Positions 29,650 through 38,602 are shown, numbered from the stretch's first letter. The stretch: 48,971 bases of DNA from Minisyncoccota bacterium (GCA_016782605.1 JADHYE010000004.1:1-48971), one strand, 5' to 3'. A program made the numbers and translations. The notes: generated by a model not told the origin, from the sequence alone.

Positions 29650-30420
29650 TCAACTGCGGTTTCGGGAACCGAATAAATTAATTTTCTTCTCAACTACCCG
29701 CTGAACAGCTTCCAGGCCTTTCTCCTTATAAGCTATTTTCAGTTCGGTGCTGATATTGATTTTAACAATGCCTGATTTGACAGCGGCTTTAATATCCTTT
29801 TCCGCTGTGCCTGAACCGCCGTGCAGGACTAAAAACGTTCTGCCTGTTTTCTTTTTTATCTCTTTTAATCTCTTTAAAGATATTGGCGGATTCTTCTTCC
29901 CTAATTTCACTATGCCGTGAATAGTGCCGACGCTGACTGCCAAAGTGTCTACGCCAGTTTCTTTGATAAATCTTTTAGCGTCTTTGGGTTCAGTTAACTC
30001 TCCGCCGATTACCCCAACCTCCCCTTCAACCAAAACATTCTTTTTCCTGGCGTATCTGACAACCTGCCTGGCAATACTGATATTTTTTAAAAGAGGTAAA
30101 TCAGAACCGTCAAAATGCACTGCGTCATATCCTGCATCTATCGCCTTTTTAATATATATGAAAGATTTGCCGTGGTCAAGATTTAAAAAAACAGGAAAGC
30201 TGCTTTCTTCTCTTAGCTTTCTGACCAAGGCAACTGCCTTTTTTAATCCCAGGCGCTTACTCCTGTTCTCAGATATGCCGATAATCACCGGGCTTTTCAG
30301 CTTTTTCGCCGCCTGGAAAATCGGCTTTAAGGTCTTAAAATCAGAAACGTTGAAGTGGCCAATCGCCCATTTCCCTTTCTGAGCTTTATTAAAAAGTTTT
30401 TTCAATTGGTTTACAGGCAT
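29650..30420 (-). CDS. fba: Class II fructose/ketose-bisphosphate aldolase
   Basis: 256 aa; LDHG, HGGSG and related class II aldolase motifs. Confidence 0.85.
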   Translation of the reverse strand: MPVNQLKKLFNKAQKGKWAIGHFNVSDFKTLKPIFQAAKKLKSPVIIGISENRSKRLGLKKAVALVRKLREESSFPVFLNLDHGKSFIYIKKAIDAGYDAVHFDGSDLPLLKNISIARQVVRYARKKNVLVEGEVGVIGGELTEPKDAKRFIKETGVDTLAVSVGTIHGIVKLGKKNPPISLKRLKEIKKKTGRTFLVLHGGSGTAEKDIKAAVKSGIVKINISTELKIAYKEKGLEAVQRVVEKKINLFGSRNRS

Positions 30421-31394
30421 TTTCCTTTTTGTACTTTCACCTTTTCAAACTTTTGATTGGCGGCTAACAAACCTTTTTTCGCTCCCAGTTCTTTCAAACA
30501 AGCAGATGAATTAGCAACCCCCAATTGAATTGCCTGGACAATATCCCCTTTTCTCTTGATTAAACCTGAAATAAACCCTGAAGCAAAAGCATCGCCTGCT
30601 CCGGTTCGGTCGATTGTTTTAATCTTCAAAGAACTTGCTTTATAAAGACATTTTCCGTCAGAAACCAATACTCCCAAAGGCCCTTTGGTCATTACAGCGA
30701 TTCCCGGGCAAATATCATCAATCTTCCTGAAAATCTCTTTTTCCCTGTTAAAAGGAATTTTAGACAAAAAGCAAGCTTCTTCCTGGTTCAAAATCAAAAC
30801 ATCTACTTTATTCAAAATTCTGGTCAAAGTTTTTCTGGGCAGAGAAAGCTGGGTATGGCCGGGATTCAAAGCGATTTTAATTTTGTTTTTCCAGGCAAAA
30901 TCCACTAATTTTTCAAAGGTATTGCAAAGTTTTCCGGAAAGAGGCGCTAGATACAACCACTTTGCCTTGATTTTCGGCCAAGGAATGTCTTTAACAGCCA
31001 ATTCGCTGGAAGCTCCACAATAAACCAAAATAGTTCTTTCCTGGTTATCGAAAGAAAGAACGACAGAATGATTGGTCGGCTTCTTCTCGGTTTTTTTCAT
31101 TAACTGGGTGCTGACGCCGTTTTTTGCCAATTCTTTAATCATTTCCTGCCCGGCAGAATCTGCGCCAACCATGCCGCAAAAAGCAGTTTTAAATCCCTGC
31201 CTGGCAAAGACAACAGCTGTGTTTGTTCCTCCCCCGCCGCTCAGAAAATTGATGTCTTTAACCTGAATCTTTGAACCTAAAGAAAGACAAATCCCTTTGC
31301 CGGTGATAAATCTCTTTTCCTCAACTATCTTAAAGCTTTTGGGCTGCAAGAAAATGTCTTGAGTGGCTGAGCCGAAAGTAATGATGTCAAACAT
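30411..31394 (-). CDS. PfkB-family carbohydrate kinase
   Basis: 327 aa; N-terminal GG dipeptide region and C-terminal DRTGAGDAF signature. Overlaps the aldolase gene by 10 nt. Confidence 0.85.
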   Translation of the reverse strand: MFDIITFGSATQDIFLQPKSFKIVEEKRFITGKGICLSLGSKIQVKDINFLSGGGGTNTAVVFARQGFKTAFCGMVGADSAGQEMIKELAKNGVSTQLMKKTEKKPTNHSVVLSFDNQERTILVYCGASSELAVKDIPWPKIKAKWLYLAPLSGKLCNTFEKLVDFAWKNKIKIALNPGHTQLSLPRKTLTRILNKVDVLILNQEEACFLSKIPFNREKEIFRKIDDICPGIAVMTKGPLGVLVSDGKCLYKASSLKIKTIDRTGAGDAFASGFISGLIKRKGDIVQAIQLGVANSSACLKELGAKKGLLAANQKFEKVKVQKGKCL

Positions 31395-31395
31395 T

Positions 31396-31415
31396 GAAAT
31401 AAATTGAAAATTTAT
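31396..31415. repeat. 20-nt palindromic leader motif, copy 2
   Basis: Identical to 29544-29563. It lies 1 nt upstream of the PfkB-kinase start codon (minus strand). Confidence 0.8.
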
Positions 31416-31422
31416 TGACCGA

Positions 31423-31471
31423 GTCCCGTTCGCGGGACGAAGGTGAAGGGACGATGAGACGAGGTCTCATC
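31423..31471 (-). terminator. Two tandem hairpins downstream of ppsA
   Basis: GTCCCG-TTCG-CGGGAC (31423-31438) and GATGAGAC-GAG-GTCTCATC (31453-31471). The second abuts the ppsA stop codon. Confidence 0.5.
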
Positions 31472-33882
31472 TACCCGCCTAAAATTGGGCAAAGATGTTT
31501 TTTCTTTTCTTTTTTGGCAACGATTAACGTGGTTTTAATAACAGTGTCAGGATTTAATGACATTGATTCTATTCTTTGGCTGACCAGGAATTCGGCAAAT
31601 TCCGGAAAATAGCTTGGCGCTTCCCCGCATATTCCGCAGTATTTTTTTCTTTTTTTACAAACAGCAATTACCGTTTTTAACATCTCTTTTACGGCTTCGT
31701 TTCTTTCATCGCCCACCGAAGAAATCAAAGCAGAATCCCTGTCCAATCCCAAAACCAGCTGGGTCAAATCATTACTGCCTATGCTCATTCCGTCAAAAAC
31801 ATCCAGGAATTTATCAGCCAGAATGACGTTGGACGGTATTTCGCACATAACGTAAACTTCCAAACCGTCCTTTCTCCTTTCTAGACCGAATCTTTTCATC
31901 AATGATATAACTTTTTTACCTTCTTCGATCGTCCGACAGAAAGGAACCATCACTTTTACGTTTTTTAATCCGAATTTTTCTCTGACTCTTTTTATGGTTT
32001 GGCATTCCATCTGAAAAGCCGGTTTAAATTTTTCGTCGTAGTATCTTGAAGCTCCCCGCCAGCCCATCATTGGATTTGATTCTTCCGGCTCAAAAAGTTC
32101 TCCCCCTAATAACTGGGCGTATTCGCTTGATTTAAAATCGGAAAATCTGACAATAACCGGCTTGGGATACATCCCAGCGGCAATTTTACCAATCCCCTGT
32201 GAAAGTTTATCAATAAAATATTCTTTCTTGTTTGCATAGCCGACAGTCAATTTGTCAATTTTCCTTTTCAATCCAGCATTCTTTAATTTGTTAAAGTTAT
32301 AAAGGGCCAAAGGATGAATCTTAATCTGGGAAGCAATAATAAATTCTTCTCTGGCCAATCCCACTCCTGAATTGGGCAAGAACGAATTCAAAAATGCTAA
32401 GTCAGGATAGCTGGTATTGATCATTATCTTGGTCTTGGTTTTCGGAATTTTCTTCAAATTGTATTTTCTGATTTCAAATTTCAGCTGGCCTTCAAAAATC
32501 CTGCCTGTCTGGCCCAAAGAACAATCCACGGTAACCATCTTGCCTGTTTTTAAAAGCTTGGTTGCTTTGTCAGCGCCAACAATACAAGGAATCCCCAACT
32601 CACGAGAAACAATCGCTGCATGGCACGTCCTTCCGCCTTCCTCAGCAATAATTGCTTTTGCCTGCTTCATAATACTTGTCCAGTCAGGGTCTGTCATTTC
32701 GGTGACTAAAATCTCTCCGGGCCTGAATTTCTTTATTTGAGCAATGTTGGGAATAACCTTTGCTTTCCCAGAAGCGATTTTAGAGCCGATTGCCTCTCCC
32801 TCTAAAAGCAATTTCCCTTTTTGTTTTAAAAAGTATTGATTGTAACTTTGGCCGATTCTTGAAGCGTGAATTGTCTCCGGCCTTGCCTGAACAATGAATA
32901 ATTCTTTGGTCTTCCCGTCTTTTGCCCATTCAATATCCATGGGAAATCCATAGTGGTTTTCAATCTGGTAAGCCCATTTGGCAAGCCGCAATATCTCCCG
33001 GTCGTTTAAAACAAACCTGTTTTGGTCTCTTTTGGAAACCGCTTTTTCTTCCGTTGTTTTATTACCTTTATTAGTATAGATAAGCTTTCTTCTTTTGGTC
33101 CCGAGAATCCTTGAAATAATGGGCGAGAATCCTTTTTTCAAAGTCGGTTTGTGCACCAGAAACTCATCCGGGACAACCCTCCCTTTTACGACCACTTCTC
33201 CAAGGCCCCAGGAACCGTTAATCAAAACAACGTCTCTAAACCCGGTTTCCGTGTCTAAAGTAAATATCACTCCGGCAGAACCGACGTCCGACCTGACCAT
33301 TTTCATCACACCGACCGACAAAGCAACTTTAAAATGGTTAAATCCTTTTTCTTCCCTGTAATAGATCGCCCTGTCCAAAAATAAAGAAACAATGCATTTT
33401 TTAACCGCTCTTAATACTTCTTTTTCACCGCTTACGTTCAAATACGTTTCATGCTGGCCGGCAAAAGAGGCTGTCGGCAAATCTTCAGCAGTGGCTGAAC
33501 TTCTGGCGGCCACGCTGAGATTCTTTGTTTTGTATTTTTTAGATAAGATTCTGTATGCTTTCAATATTTCTTCTTTTAAGTCTTCGGGAAATTCAGCTTT
33601 TGAAATAAGGTTCCTCGCTTCCCTGCCCGCCATCTGCAATTTTCTAATATTTCTCGTATCCAGAGACTTTAAAATCTTCTTCAGTTTCGGCAAAAGATTA
33701 TTTACTTTTAAAAAATCCCAATAGGCAGTGCTTGTTGTGGCAAAACCGTCAGGAACCCTAATCCCCTTTTTGTTTAATTGTGAAAACATCTCTCCCAAAG
33801 AAGCGTTTTTGCCACCGACTAAACCGACGTCTCTTTTGGAAATTTCTTTGAACCAAAGAATGTATTTTTTTTGTTTAGTCAT
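31471..33882 (-). CDS. ppsA: Phosphoenolpyruvate synthase (pyruvate, water dikinase)
   Basis: About 803 aa from the ATG at 33882 (MTKQKKYILWF..GGKNASLGEM). ATP-grasp, phosphohistidine (TSHAAIVSRELGIP-like) and PEP-utilising TIM domains are present. The longer ORF to 33957 would overlap acs by 83 nt. Confidence 0.9.
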   Translation of the reverse strand: MTKQKKYILWFKEISKRDVGLVGGKNASLGEMFSQLNKKGIRVPDGFATTSTAYWDFLKVNNLLPKLKKILKSLDTRNIRKLQMAGREARNLISKAEFPEDLKEEILKAYRILSKKYKTKNLSVAARSSATAEDLPTASFAGQHETYLNVSGEKEVLRAVKKCIVSLFLDRAIYYREEKGFNHFKVALSVGVMKMVRSDVGSAGVIFTLDTETGFRDVVLINGSWGLGEVVVKGRVVPDEFLVHKPTLKKGFSPIISRILGTKRRKLIYTNKGNKTTEEKAVSKRDQNRFVLNDREILRLAKWAYQIENHYGFPMDIEWAKDGKTKELFIVQARPETIHASRIGQSYNQYFLKQKGKLLLEGEAIGSKIASGKAKVIPNIAQIKKFRPGEILVTEMTDPDWTSIMKQAKAIIAEEGGRTCHAAIVSRELGIPCIVGADKATKLLKTGKMVTVDCSLGQTGRIFEGQLKFEIRKYNLKKIPKTKTKIMINTSYPDLAFLNSFLPNSGVGLAREEFIIASQIKIHPLALYNFNKLKNAGLKRKIDKLTVGYANKKEYFIDKLSQGIGKIAAGMYPKPVIVRFSDFKSSEYAQLLGGELFEPEESNPMMGWRGASRYYDEKFKPAFQMECQTIKRVREKFGLKNVKVMVPFCRTIEEGKKVISLMKRFGLERRKDGLEVYVMCEIPSNVILADKFLDVFDGMSIGSNDLTQLVLGLDRDSALISSVGDERNEAVKEMLKTVIAVCKKRKKYCGICGEAPSYFPEFAEFLVSQRIESMSLNPDTVIKTTLIVAKKEKKKHLCPILGG

Positions 33883-35794
33883 TTTGGATAATTGTTTTAA
33901 TGGTTTCAACTGTTTCCGGATTGGCCAAAGTGGATAAATCCCCCAATTCCTCGCCACTGAACAATTTCCTCAAAATCCTCCTCATTATCTTTCCTGACCT
34001 GGTCTTTGGCAAGTCTTCAACCAGATAAATTTCCTTTGGCATGGCAATCGGCCCTATTTCTTTTTTAATATGCCCTATCACTTCCTGTTTTACCTGGTCA
34101 GCCGGTTTCTGTCCCTTATAAACCACAAATGCCAAGGGCACTTCTCCTTTTATTTCATCCGGCATACCGATAACAGCGCATTCTGTAATATCAGGATGAT
34201 GATTGATAGCTGCTTCCAGTTCTCCGGTGGAAACCCTGTGGCCTGCCACTTTAATAACATCATCAACCCTGCCGACAATCCTGATCAATCCGTTCTCGTC
34301 CTTAAAAGCGCTATCAGAAGTGAAATATATTTCCTTTCCGTACTGACTCCAGTAGGTATCCAGGTATTTTTCAGGATTCTTGTAAACTCCCCTCAACAAT
34401 CCCGGAGCAAAAGGCGGGAACAAAACCAAGTTTCCCTTTTCATTAACAGAACAAGGCTTTCCTTCTTTGTTCAAAATATCAAACTTCAATCCAGGAAAAG
34501 GCAAACCGGTAAAAGCCGGTTTAAAAGGACCGATTCCTGGCAAAGAGGTAATCAATATTCCGCCTGTTTCTGTCTGCCACCAGGTATCAACAATCGGACA
34601 CTTTTCCTTGCCGATTTCCCTGAAATACCAAAGCCAGGCAGACTCGTCTATCGGTTCGCCAACCGAACCTAAAAGCCGTAAAGTGTCTAATTTACAACTT
34701 TTAAAAACTTCTGCTCCGTTCTTCTCAAACATCCTAATGGCTGTGGGAGCGGTGTAGAAAATAGTTACTTTGTAATCGTCAATAATCTTTGCCCATCTGT
34801 CAGGGCCAGGAGAAATTATCAATCCTTCAAAAATTACAAAGGTTGCCCCGCACAATAAAGGCCCGTAGCAAGAGTAAGTGTGGCCGGTAATCCAGCCGAC
34901 ATCAGCTGTTGACCAGAAAATATCATTATCATGTAAATCAAATATCCATTTTGAAGTGGCATAGGCCTGAACAGCGTATCCTCCGACAACATGCAAACAG
35001 CCTTTGGGTTTGCCTGTTGAGCCTGAGGTGTAAAGAATGAATAAAGGATCTTCAGAATCCATTGGTTCAGCTTCGCAGGAATCTTTCTCGTCTTTAACCA
35101 ATTCATGCCACCATAAATCCCTGCTTTCCTGCCAATTCACCTCATTACCAGCCCTTTTTACCACTACTGTTTTTTCAACAGCCGTATCTTTCAACGATTC
35201 GTCAGCGCCGTTCTTTAAATTAATCAATTTGCCGTTTCTGTAATATCCGTCAGCTGTAATCAAGATTTTTGCTTCAGAATCAATTAAACGACTCTGAAGA
35301 GAGGTCGCTGAAAAAGCGGAAAAAACAACTGCATGGACAGCGCCGATTCTGGCACAGGCCAACATTGAAATTATGACTTCAGGAATCATCGGCATATATA
35401 TGCCTACCCTGTCGCCCTTCCCTATTCCTAGTTTTTTCAAGGCATTGGCGAATTTATTAACTTCCCAAAATAATTCCTGGTAAGTAAATGTTTTTGCTTT
35501 TTCTTCGGTCGGCTCCGGCTGCCAAACCAAAGCTATCTTATCCTTTTTATCCTTTAAATACCTGTCTAAACAGTTTTCAACGATATTGATTTTGCCGTCT
35601 AAAAACCATCTGAAGTAAGGCGCCTGGTGCTCAAAGGCTTTTCCCCATTTTTTTTGCCATTGCAATTCTCCAGCCAGCTTTTCCCAGAATTTAGTCTGGT
35701 CTTTTGCCGCTTCCTTGTAAACCTTATCGTCATTTACCCAGGCTTTTTTCTTGAAGTCTTCAGTCGGATAGTATATGTCTCCTTTTTTAATCAT
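33875..35794 (-). CDS. acs: Acetyl-CoA synthetase (AMP-forming)
   Basis: 639 aa; YTSGSTGKPKG AMP-binding motif and an Acs-type N-terminus. A TATAAT hexamer lies 6 nt upstream of the ATG. Confidence 0.9.
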   Translation of the reverse strand: MIKKGDIYYPTEDFKKKAWVNDDKVYKEAAKDQTKFWEKLAGELQWQKKWGKAFEHQAPYFRWFLDGKINIVENCLDRYLKDKKDKIALVWQPEPTEEKAKTFTYQELFWEVNKFANALKKLGIGKGDRVGIYMPMIPEVIISMLACARIGAVHAVVFSAFSATSLQSRLIDSEAKILITADGYYRNGKLINLKNGADESLKDTAVEKTVVVKRAGNEVNWQESRDLWWHELVKDEKDSCEAEPMDSEDPLFILYTSGSTGKPKGCLHVVGGYAVQAYATSKWIFDLHDNDIFWSTADVGWITGHTYSCYGPLLCGATFVIFEGLIISPGPDRWAKIIDDYKVTIFYTAPTAIRMFEKNGAEVFKSCKLDTLRLLGSVGEPIDESAWLWYFREIGKEKCPIVDTWWQTETGGILITSLPGIGPFKPAFTGLPFPGLKFDILNKEGKPCSVNEKGNLVLFPPFAPGLLRGVYKNPEKYLDTYWSQYGKEIYFTSDSAFKDENGLIRIVGRVDDVIKVAGHRVSTGELEAAINHHPDITECAVIGMPDEIKGEVPLAFVVYKGQKPADQVKQEVIGHIKKEIGPIAMPKEIYLVEDLPKTRSGKIMRRILRKLFSGEELGDLSTLANPETVETIKTIIQND

Positions 35795-35824
35795 TGTTCT
35801 ATTATAACGTAAATCTTTTAAACA

Positions 35825-35855
35825 AAAAAGAGGATGATGGACAAAACCTCTTTTT
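35825..35855 (-). terminator. Intrinsic terminator after the first cassette ORF
   Basis: AAAAAGAGG..CCTCTTTTT stem, followed by a T-run on the minus strand. Confidence 0.55.
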
Positions 35856-35862
35856 AAACAAT

Positions 35863-35877
35863 ATTAGGAACCTGTTT
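35863..35877. repeat. Junction repeat R0 (right-end motif only)
   Basis: ATTAGGAACCTGTTT, a degenerate copy of the GTTAGAACCTGKTTT motif. It lies 8 nt after the stop codon of the 35886-36248 ORF. Confidence 0.5.
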
Positions 35878-35885
35878 GGAAAAAT

Positions 35886-36248
35886 TTATTCTCCAAACCT
35901 CTTCTTTTGAAGCCAACTTAGAAAGAAAAAAATTGCAACCATAAAGGCCGGTCCCGATATAAAGGCATACCAGGTCCAGTGACGACCAAGTCCAGCCGCA
36001 CAAACATAGAAAACGGCAAAAGCGAAAAAAACAATTGCCCCCACTAAATCATATTTCCAGGAAATTGCAACAACTGCCAGCAAAACAAGTGAAGGTAAAA
36101 GATGCATAAAAAGCGCCAAAACCAAATCCCAACCGGTATATTCTGTAAAAACATCTAAAGCAAATAAAGATAAAAATAAAACAAATGCTATGCTTAAAAT
36201 TCTCGGCAGCCAATGAATAACTTTTCTTTTATTTATAGATATATTCAT
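35886..36248 (-). CDS. Hypothetical polytopic membrane protein (cassette ORF)
   Basis: 120 aa with about 4 TM helices. The start codon lies 6 nt downstream of a TAGAAT hexamer inside repeat R1. Confidence 0.6.
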   Translation of the reverse strand: MNISINKRKVIHWLPRILSIAFVLFLSLFALDVFTEYTGWDLVLALFMHLLPSLVLLAVVAISWKYDLVGAIVFFAFAVFYVCAAGLGRHWTWYAFISGPAFMVAIFFFLSWLQKKRFGE

Positions 36249-36255
36249 ATTTCTA

Positions 36256-36334
36256 TTCTACCAAAAAACCGCCTTTTCTGCAAGGCGGCCAAAATCTGCT
36301 CCCCCTGGGGCTACGGGGCGATGTTAGAACCTGG
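36256..36334. repeat. Junction repeat R1 (family A, full)
   Basis: TTCTACC-A6-CCGCC..GGCGG...CTCCCCCTGGGGCTACGGGGCGAT-GTTAGAACCTGG. Confidence 0.85.
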
Positions 36335-36343
36335 TTAGTAGGA

Positions 36344-36913
36344 CTATAGCAACGTTTTCTCTTTAAATTTCTCTATATCCCGAGGTAATAAAAGAATGGA
36401 AAAATTAGCGTATTTTTGTATACCCAAAGATGGAGAATGGGCAAAGCCAACATATTCAATCTTCTTATTTTTATATTTTACATATCTTACGGCTGGAATT
36501 AAATCAGTATCAGAACTCACTAAAATAGCTGTGTCGTATAAATTATCAACAGCCCCAACGATTAAATCTACTGCAATTTTTACATCGGTTCCTTTTTCTT
36601 TATACACTTTATCAATCGGCATTATTCTGCCACGCTTAATAGCAAAACCATCGTTTTTAAGATTTGAAAAGAATTTTTGTTGTCCACTTACAAGATTTTT
36701 ACTTTTATCGCTTCCGTCGAGATTTCTGAAAACACCCGTGTAATACCTCTTTGAAATAAGCTCTCTTTTATCGCTAACTAAAAAATCTACGAATTCTTTA
36801 AAATTAAACTTTGTTCCTTTCGGAAAATTTATCTCTTTATCTTTTAGATAACCATAAAAATTGCTTCCATCTATATAAACAGCTACTCTTTCTTTTTTAT
36901 TAAAAATATCCAT
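36344..36913 (-). CDS. NYN-domain (LabA/DUF88-like) putative RNase (cassette ORF)
   Basis: 189 aa; VYIDGSNFY near the N-terminus, KGTDVKIAVDL, and LVSSDTDLIPAV, matching the PIN-like NYN catalytic acidic residues. Confidence 0.7.
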   Translation of the reverse strand: MDIFNKKERVAVYIDGSNFYGYLKDKEINFPKGTKFNFKEFVDFLVSDKRELISKRYYTGVFRNLDGSDKSKNLVSGQQKFFSNLKNDGFAIKRGRIMPIDKVYKEKGTDVKIAVDLIVGAVDNLYDTAILVSSDTDLIPAVRYVKYKNKKIEYVGFAHSPSLGIQKYANFSILLLPRDIEKFKEKTLL

Positions 36914-36987
36914 ACAATATGATTATAGAATAACTCTAAATAAAAAACTACCCTTGCCGGAGCAGGAGTAGTGTTCATAGTAAGTAT

Positions 36988-37016
36988 ATATTATCTCTAA
37001 TATATTTTTTTGTCAA
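36988..37016 (-). promoter_or_regulatory. Sigma70-like promoter (TTGACA-N17-TAATAT) upstream of the NYN gene
   Basis: Read on the minus strand. A second TATAAT sits 8 nt before the ATG (rc of 36922-36927). Confidence 0.4.
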
Positions 37017-37026
37017 GTGGAAAACT

Positions 37027-37067
37027 TGGCTCCCCTGGGACTATGGGACGATGTTAAAACCTGTTTT
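37027..37067. repeat. Junction repeat R2 (family A, right half only)
   Basis: TGGCTCCCCTGGGACTATGGGACGATGTTAAAACCTGTTTT. Confidence 0.75.
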
Positions 37068-37120
37068 AGGTAATAAAAAAGCGGTTTGAAGTTATCTCCC
37101 CGCTCTTGATTGCTTCCGTC

Positions 37121-37582
37121 TTAAATGTCTTCGAGATGCAGCTCAATCTTGCCCCTTTTGGGATCCAATATGCCTACAGTTGGTCGTTCCCTTCCTTTTG
37201 TTCCTAAAAGTTGTTCAAGCATATAGTATGTTTGCTCAAGGGTCATTCTCTTTGTTATTTCATTCTTAATTTCGAGCAATGCTTGCTTGTGGGCCGACAA
37301 TAGGTTCCTTATCTTCTGAAGCGTATGTGCATCTTCAGAATTCCAACCTGTAGACAATTCATAACCTTCGACAAACTTGGTAGTTTCATCAATAATATCT
37401 TCTTTTACCATTCGTGCCCAATAGGGACCATCTTCTTCTGCTGCTGACTGTATCCGCTTTTGTTCTTTCAAAACTAAGTCTTTTATTTTTTGGATAACTC
37501 CTCCGCATTCCTGCTCTGTGATTTTCTTTTTTATGTTGGGCGAATCTTTTTTCTCTGTATATCTATTTGGCAGTAAAGCCAT
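37121..37582 (-). CDS. Hypothetical protein (cassette ORF)
   Basis: 153 aa, hydrophilic and helical. Strong SD (AGGAGGA 6 nt before the ATG). Has its own terminator hairpin. No recognisable family. Confidence 0.6.
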   Translation of the reverse strand: MALLPNRYTEKKDSPNIKKKITEQECGGVIQKIKDLVLKEQKRIQSAAEEDGPYWARMVKEDIIDETTKFVEGYELSTGWNSEDAHTLQKIRNLLSAHKQALLEIKNEITKRMTLEQTYYMLEQLLGTKGRERPTVGILDPKRGKIELHLEDI

Positions 37583-37646
37583 TTGGTTTCCTCCTTTTTT
37601 GTTGTTGTTCTGTTCTTAAACTACTAAATTTAATAAAAAAATCAAG

Positions 37647-37734
37647 TTCACTACCAAAAACCGCCCTCTTGTGAAAGCGGCCAAAATCTACTCCCCCTAG
37701 GGCTATGGGGCGATGTTAGAACCTGGTTTCTAAC
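37647..37734. repeat. Junction repeat R3 (family A, full) ending in a perfect 7-6-7 palindrome
   Basis: TTCACTACC-A5-CCGCC...CTCCCCCTAGGGCTATGGGGCGAT-GTTAGAA-CCTGGT-TTCTAAC. Confidence 0.85.
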
Positions 37735-37789
37735 AAAAAACCTACTCGTCATTAAGACTTTCGGTATTAAAATAAAGAACTATAATATT

Positions 37790-38040
37790 AGTCGTGAGAA
37801 GCCGGGGGAACATGCCGACTTCTCACTTGGTGATTCGCCAGCCTCCTAAACGAGAACCATATATTCGAAGAATACAGATCCTTATTAGCCTGAGCCAATC
37901 TTAGGCAAGCTAATCCTAGTGATCACCCCTCCTGTCCTCACTCCGAAACAAAAGGGACTCTAGGACTGGCATAGGGTTAAGAATCTTTATGTTAACATTC
38001 TCAATCCTGTGCCAACCAATAATCTTAGCTTTGTTCAATG
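37790..38040 (-). ncRNA. Candidate structured non-coding RNA in an ORF-less cassette
   Basis: No ORF of 60 aa or more on either strand between repeats R3 and R4. A consensus promoter faces into the region. It ends at an 8+3-bp hairpin GTGAGAAGYCGG..CCGRCTTCTCAC (37794-37826). I cannot assign an RNA class. Confidence 0.3.
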
Positions 38041-38045
38041 GTTAT

Positions 38046-38073
38046 ATTATAGCATATATAAAAATCTTGTCAA
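38046..38073 (-). promoter_or_regulatory. Consensus sigma70 promoter TTGACA-N16-TATAAT
   Basis: Both hexamers are perfect on the minus strand (rc of 38068-38073 and 38046-38051). It abuts repeat R4. Confidence 0.5.
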
Positions 38074-38082
38074 GAGTCTACA

Positions 38083-38167
38083 TCCTACCCAAAAACTGCC
38101 CAATGGCGGTAATTTGTTATCCACAAGCAATAACTCTCCTGGGGCTATGGGGCGATATTAGAACCTG
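38083..38167. repeat. Junction repeat R4 (family A, full, diverged)
   Basis: TCCTACC-CAAAAA-CTGCC..GGCGG...CTCTCCTGGGGCTATGGGGCGAT-ATTAGAACCTG. Confidence 0.8.
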
Positions 38168-38224
38168 TTTTGGATAAAAGAAAACCGCCTCAACTAATTG
38201 AATAGTATATTGGCGGCAGCTCTT

Positions 38225-38602
38225 CTAGTTTAAGAGATTGATAGCGACCAGTCCTATCGCTAAAAGGTGCAAAAGCTGGTCTACGCCGAAAACGATAAGA
38301 TAAATAAAGTTGTCTTTTCCCTTTTTACCTGTCATGACTCTAAACTTTATGCTTTTTCTTGCTATCCAAGCAAGCAAGTCCCATGTCCAGGGTAAATCAA
38401 TAAGCCAATGGGAAATATAGATAAAAAGGAGTCCCGATAAATTAACTTGGAAGTATAAAAATTGAGGGACAAAAAAGAGTGTATAAAGAAGCAAATGTAG
38501 GAAGAACAACTTTCCCTCCCTGAATCTGTGCGTAAGAAAATCTCCTAAACCATGCGCTATCAGACCGAAGAAAATGAACACAGCTACCTCGCAATAATCC
38601 AT
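38225..38602 (-). CDS. Hypothetical membrane protein, DUF3307-like (cassette ORF)
   Basis: The internal ATG at 38602 is preceded by AAAGGAGG at 9 nt (MDYCEVAVF..). HGLGDFLTH and HWLID histidine motifs sit within TM helices. The ORF stays open up to 38647. Confidence 0.55.
   Translation of the reverse strand: MDYCEVAVFIFFGLIAHGLGDFLTHRFREGKLFFLHLLLYTLFFVPQFLYFQVNLSGLLFIYISHWLIDLPWTWDLLAWIARKSIKFRVMTGKKGKDNFIYLIVFGVDQLLHLLAIGLVAINLLN

Noticed and set aside
33883-33957. N-terminal 25-aa extension of the ppsA ORF, and likewise 46555-46716 for the glutaredoxin ORF
   Set aside because: The extensions overlap the 3' ends of the upstream genes and are non-conserved in character. The internal ATGs give canonical N-termini (MTKQKKYILWF.., MVRLFTTPICPYC..) and tidy gene junctions.
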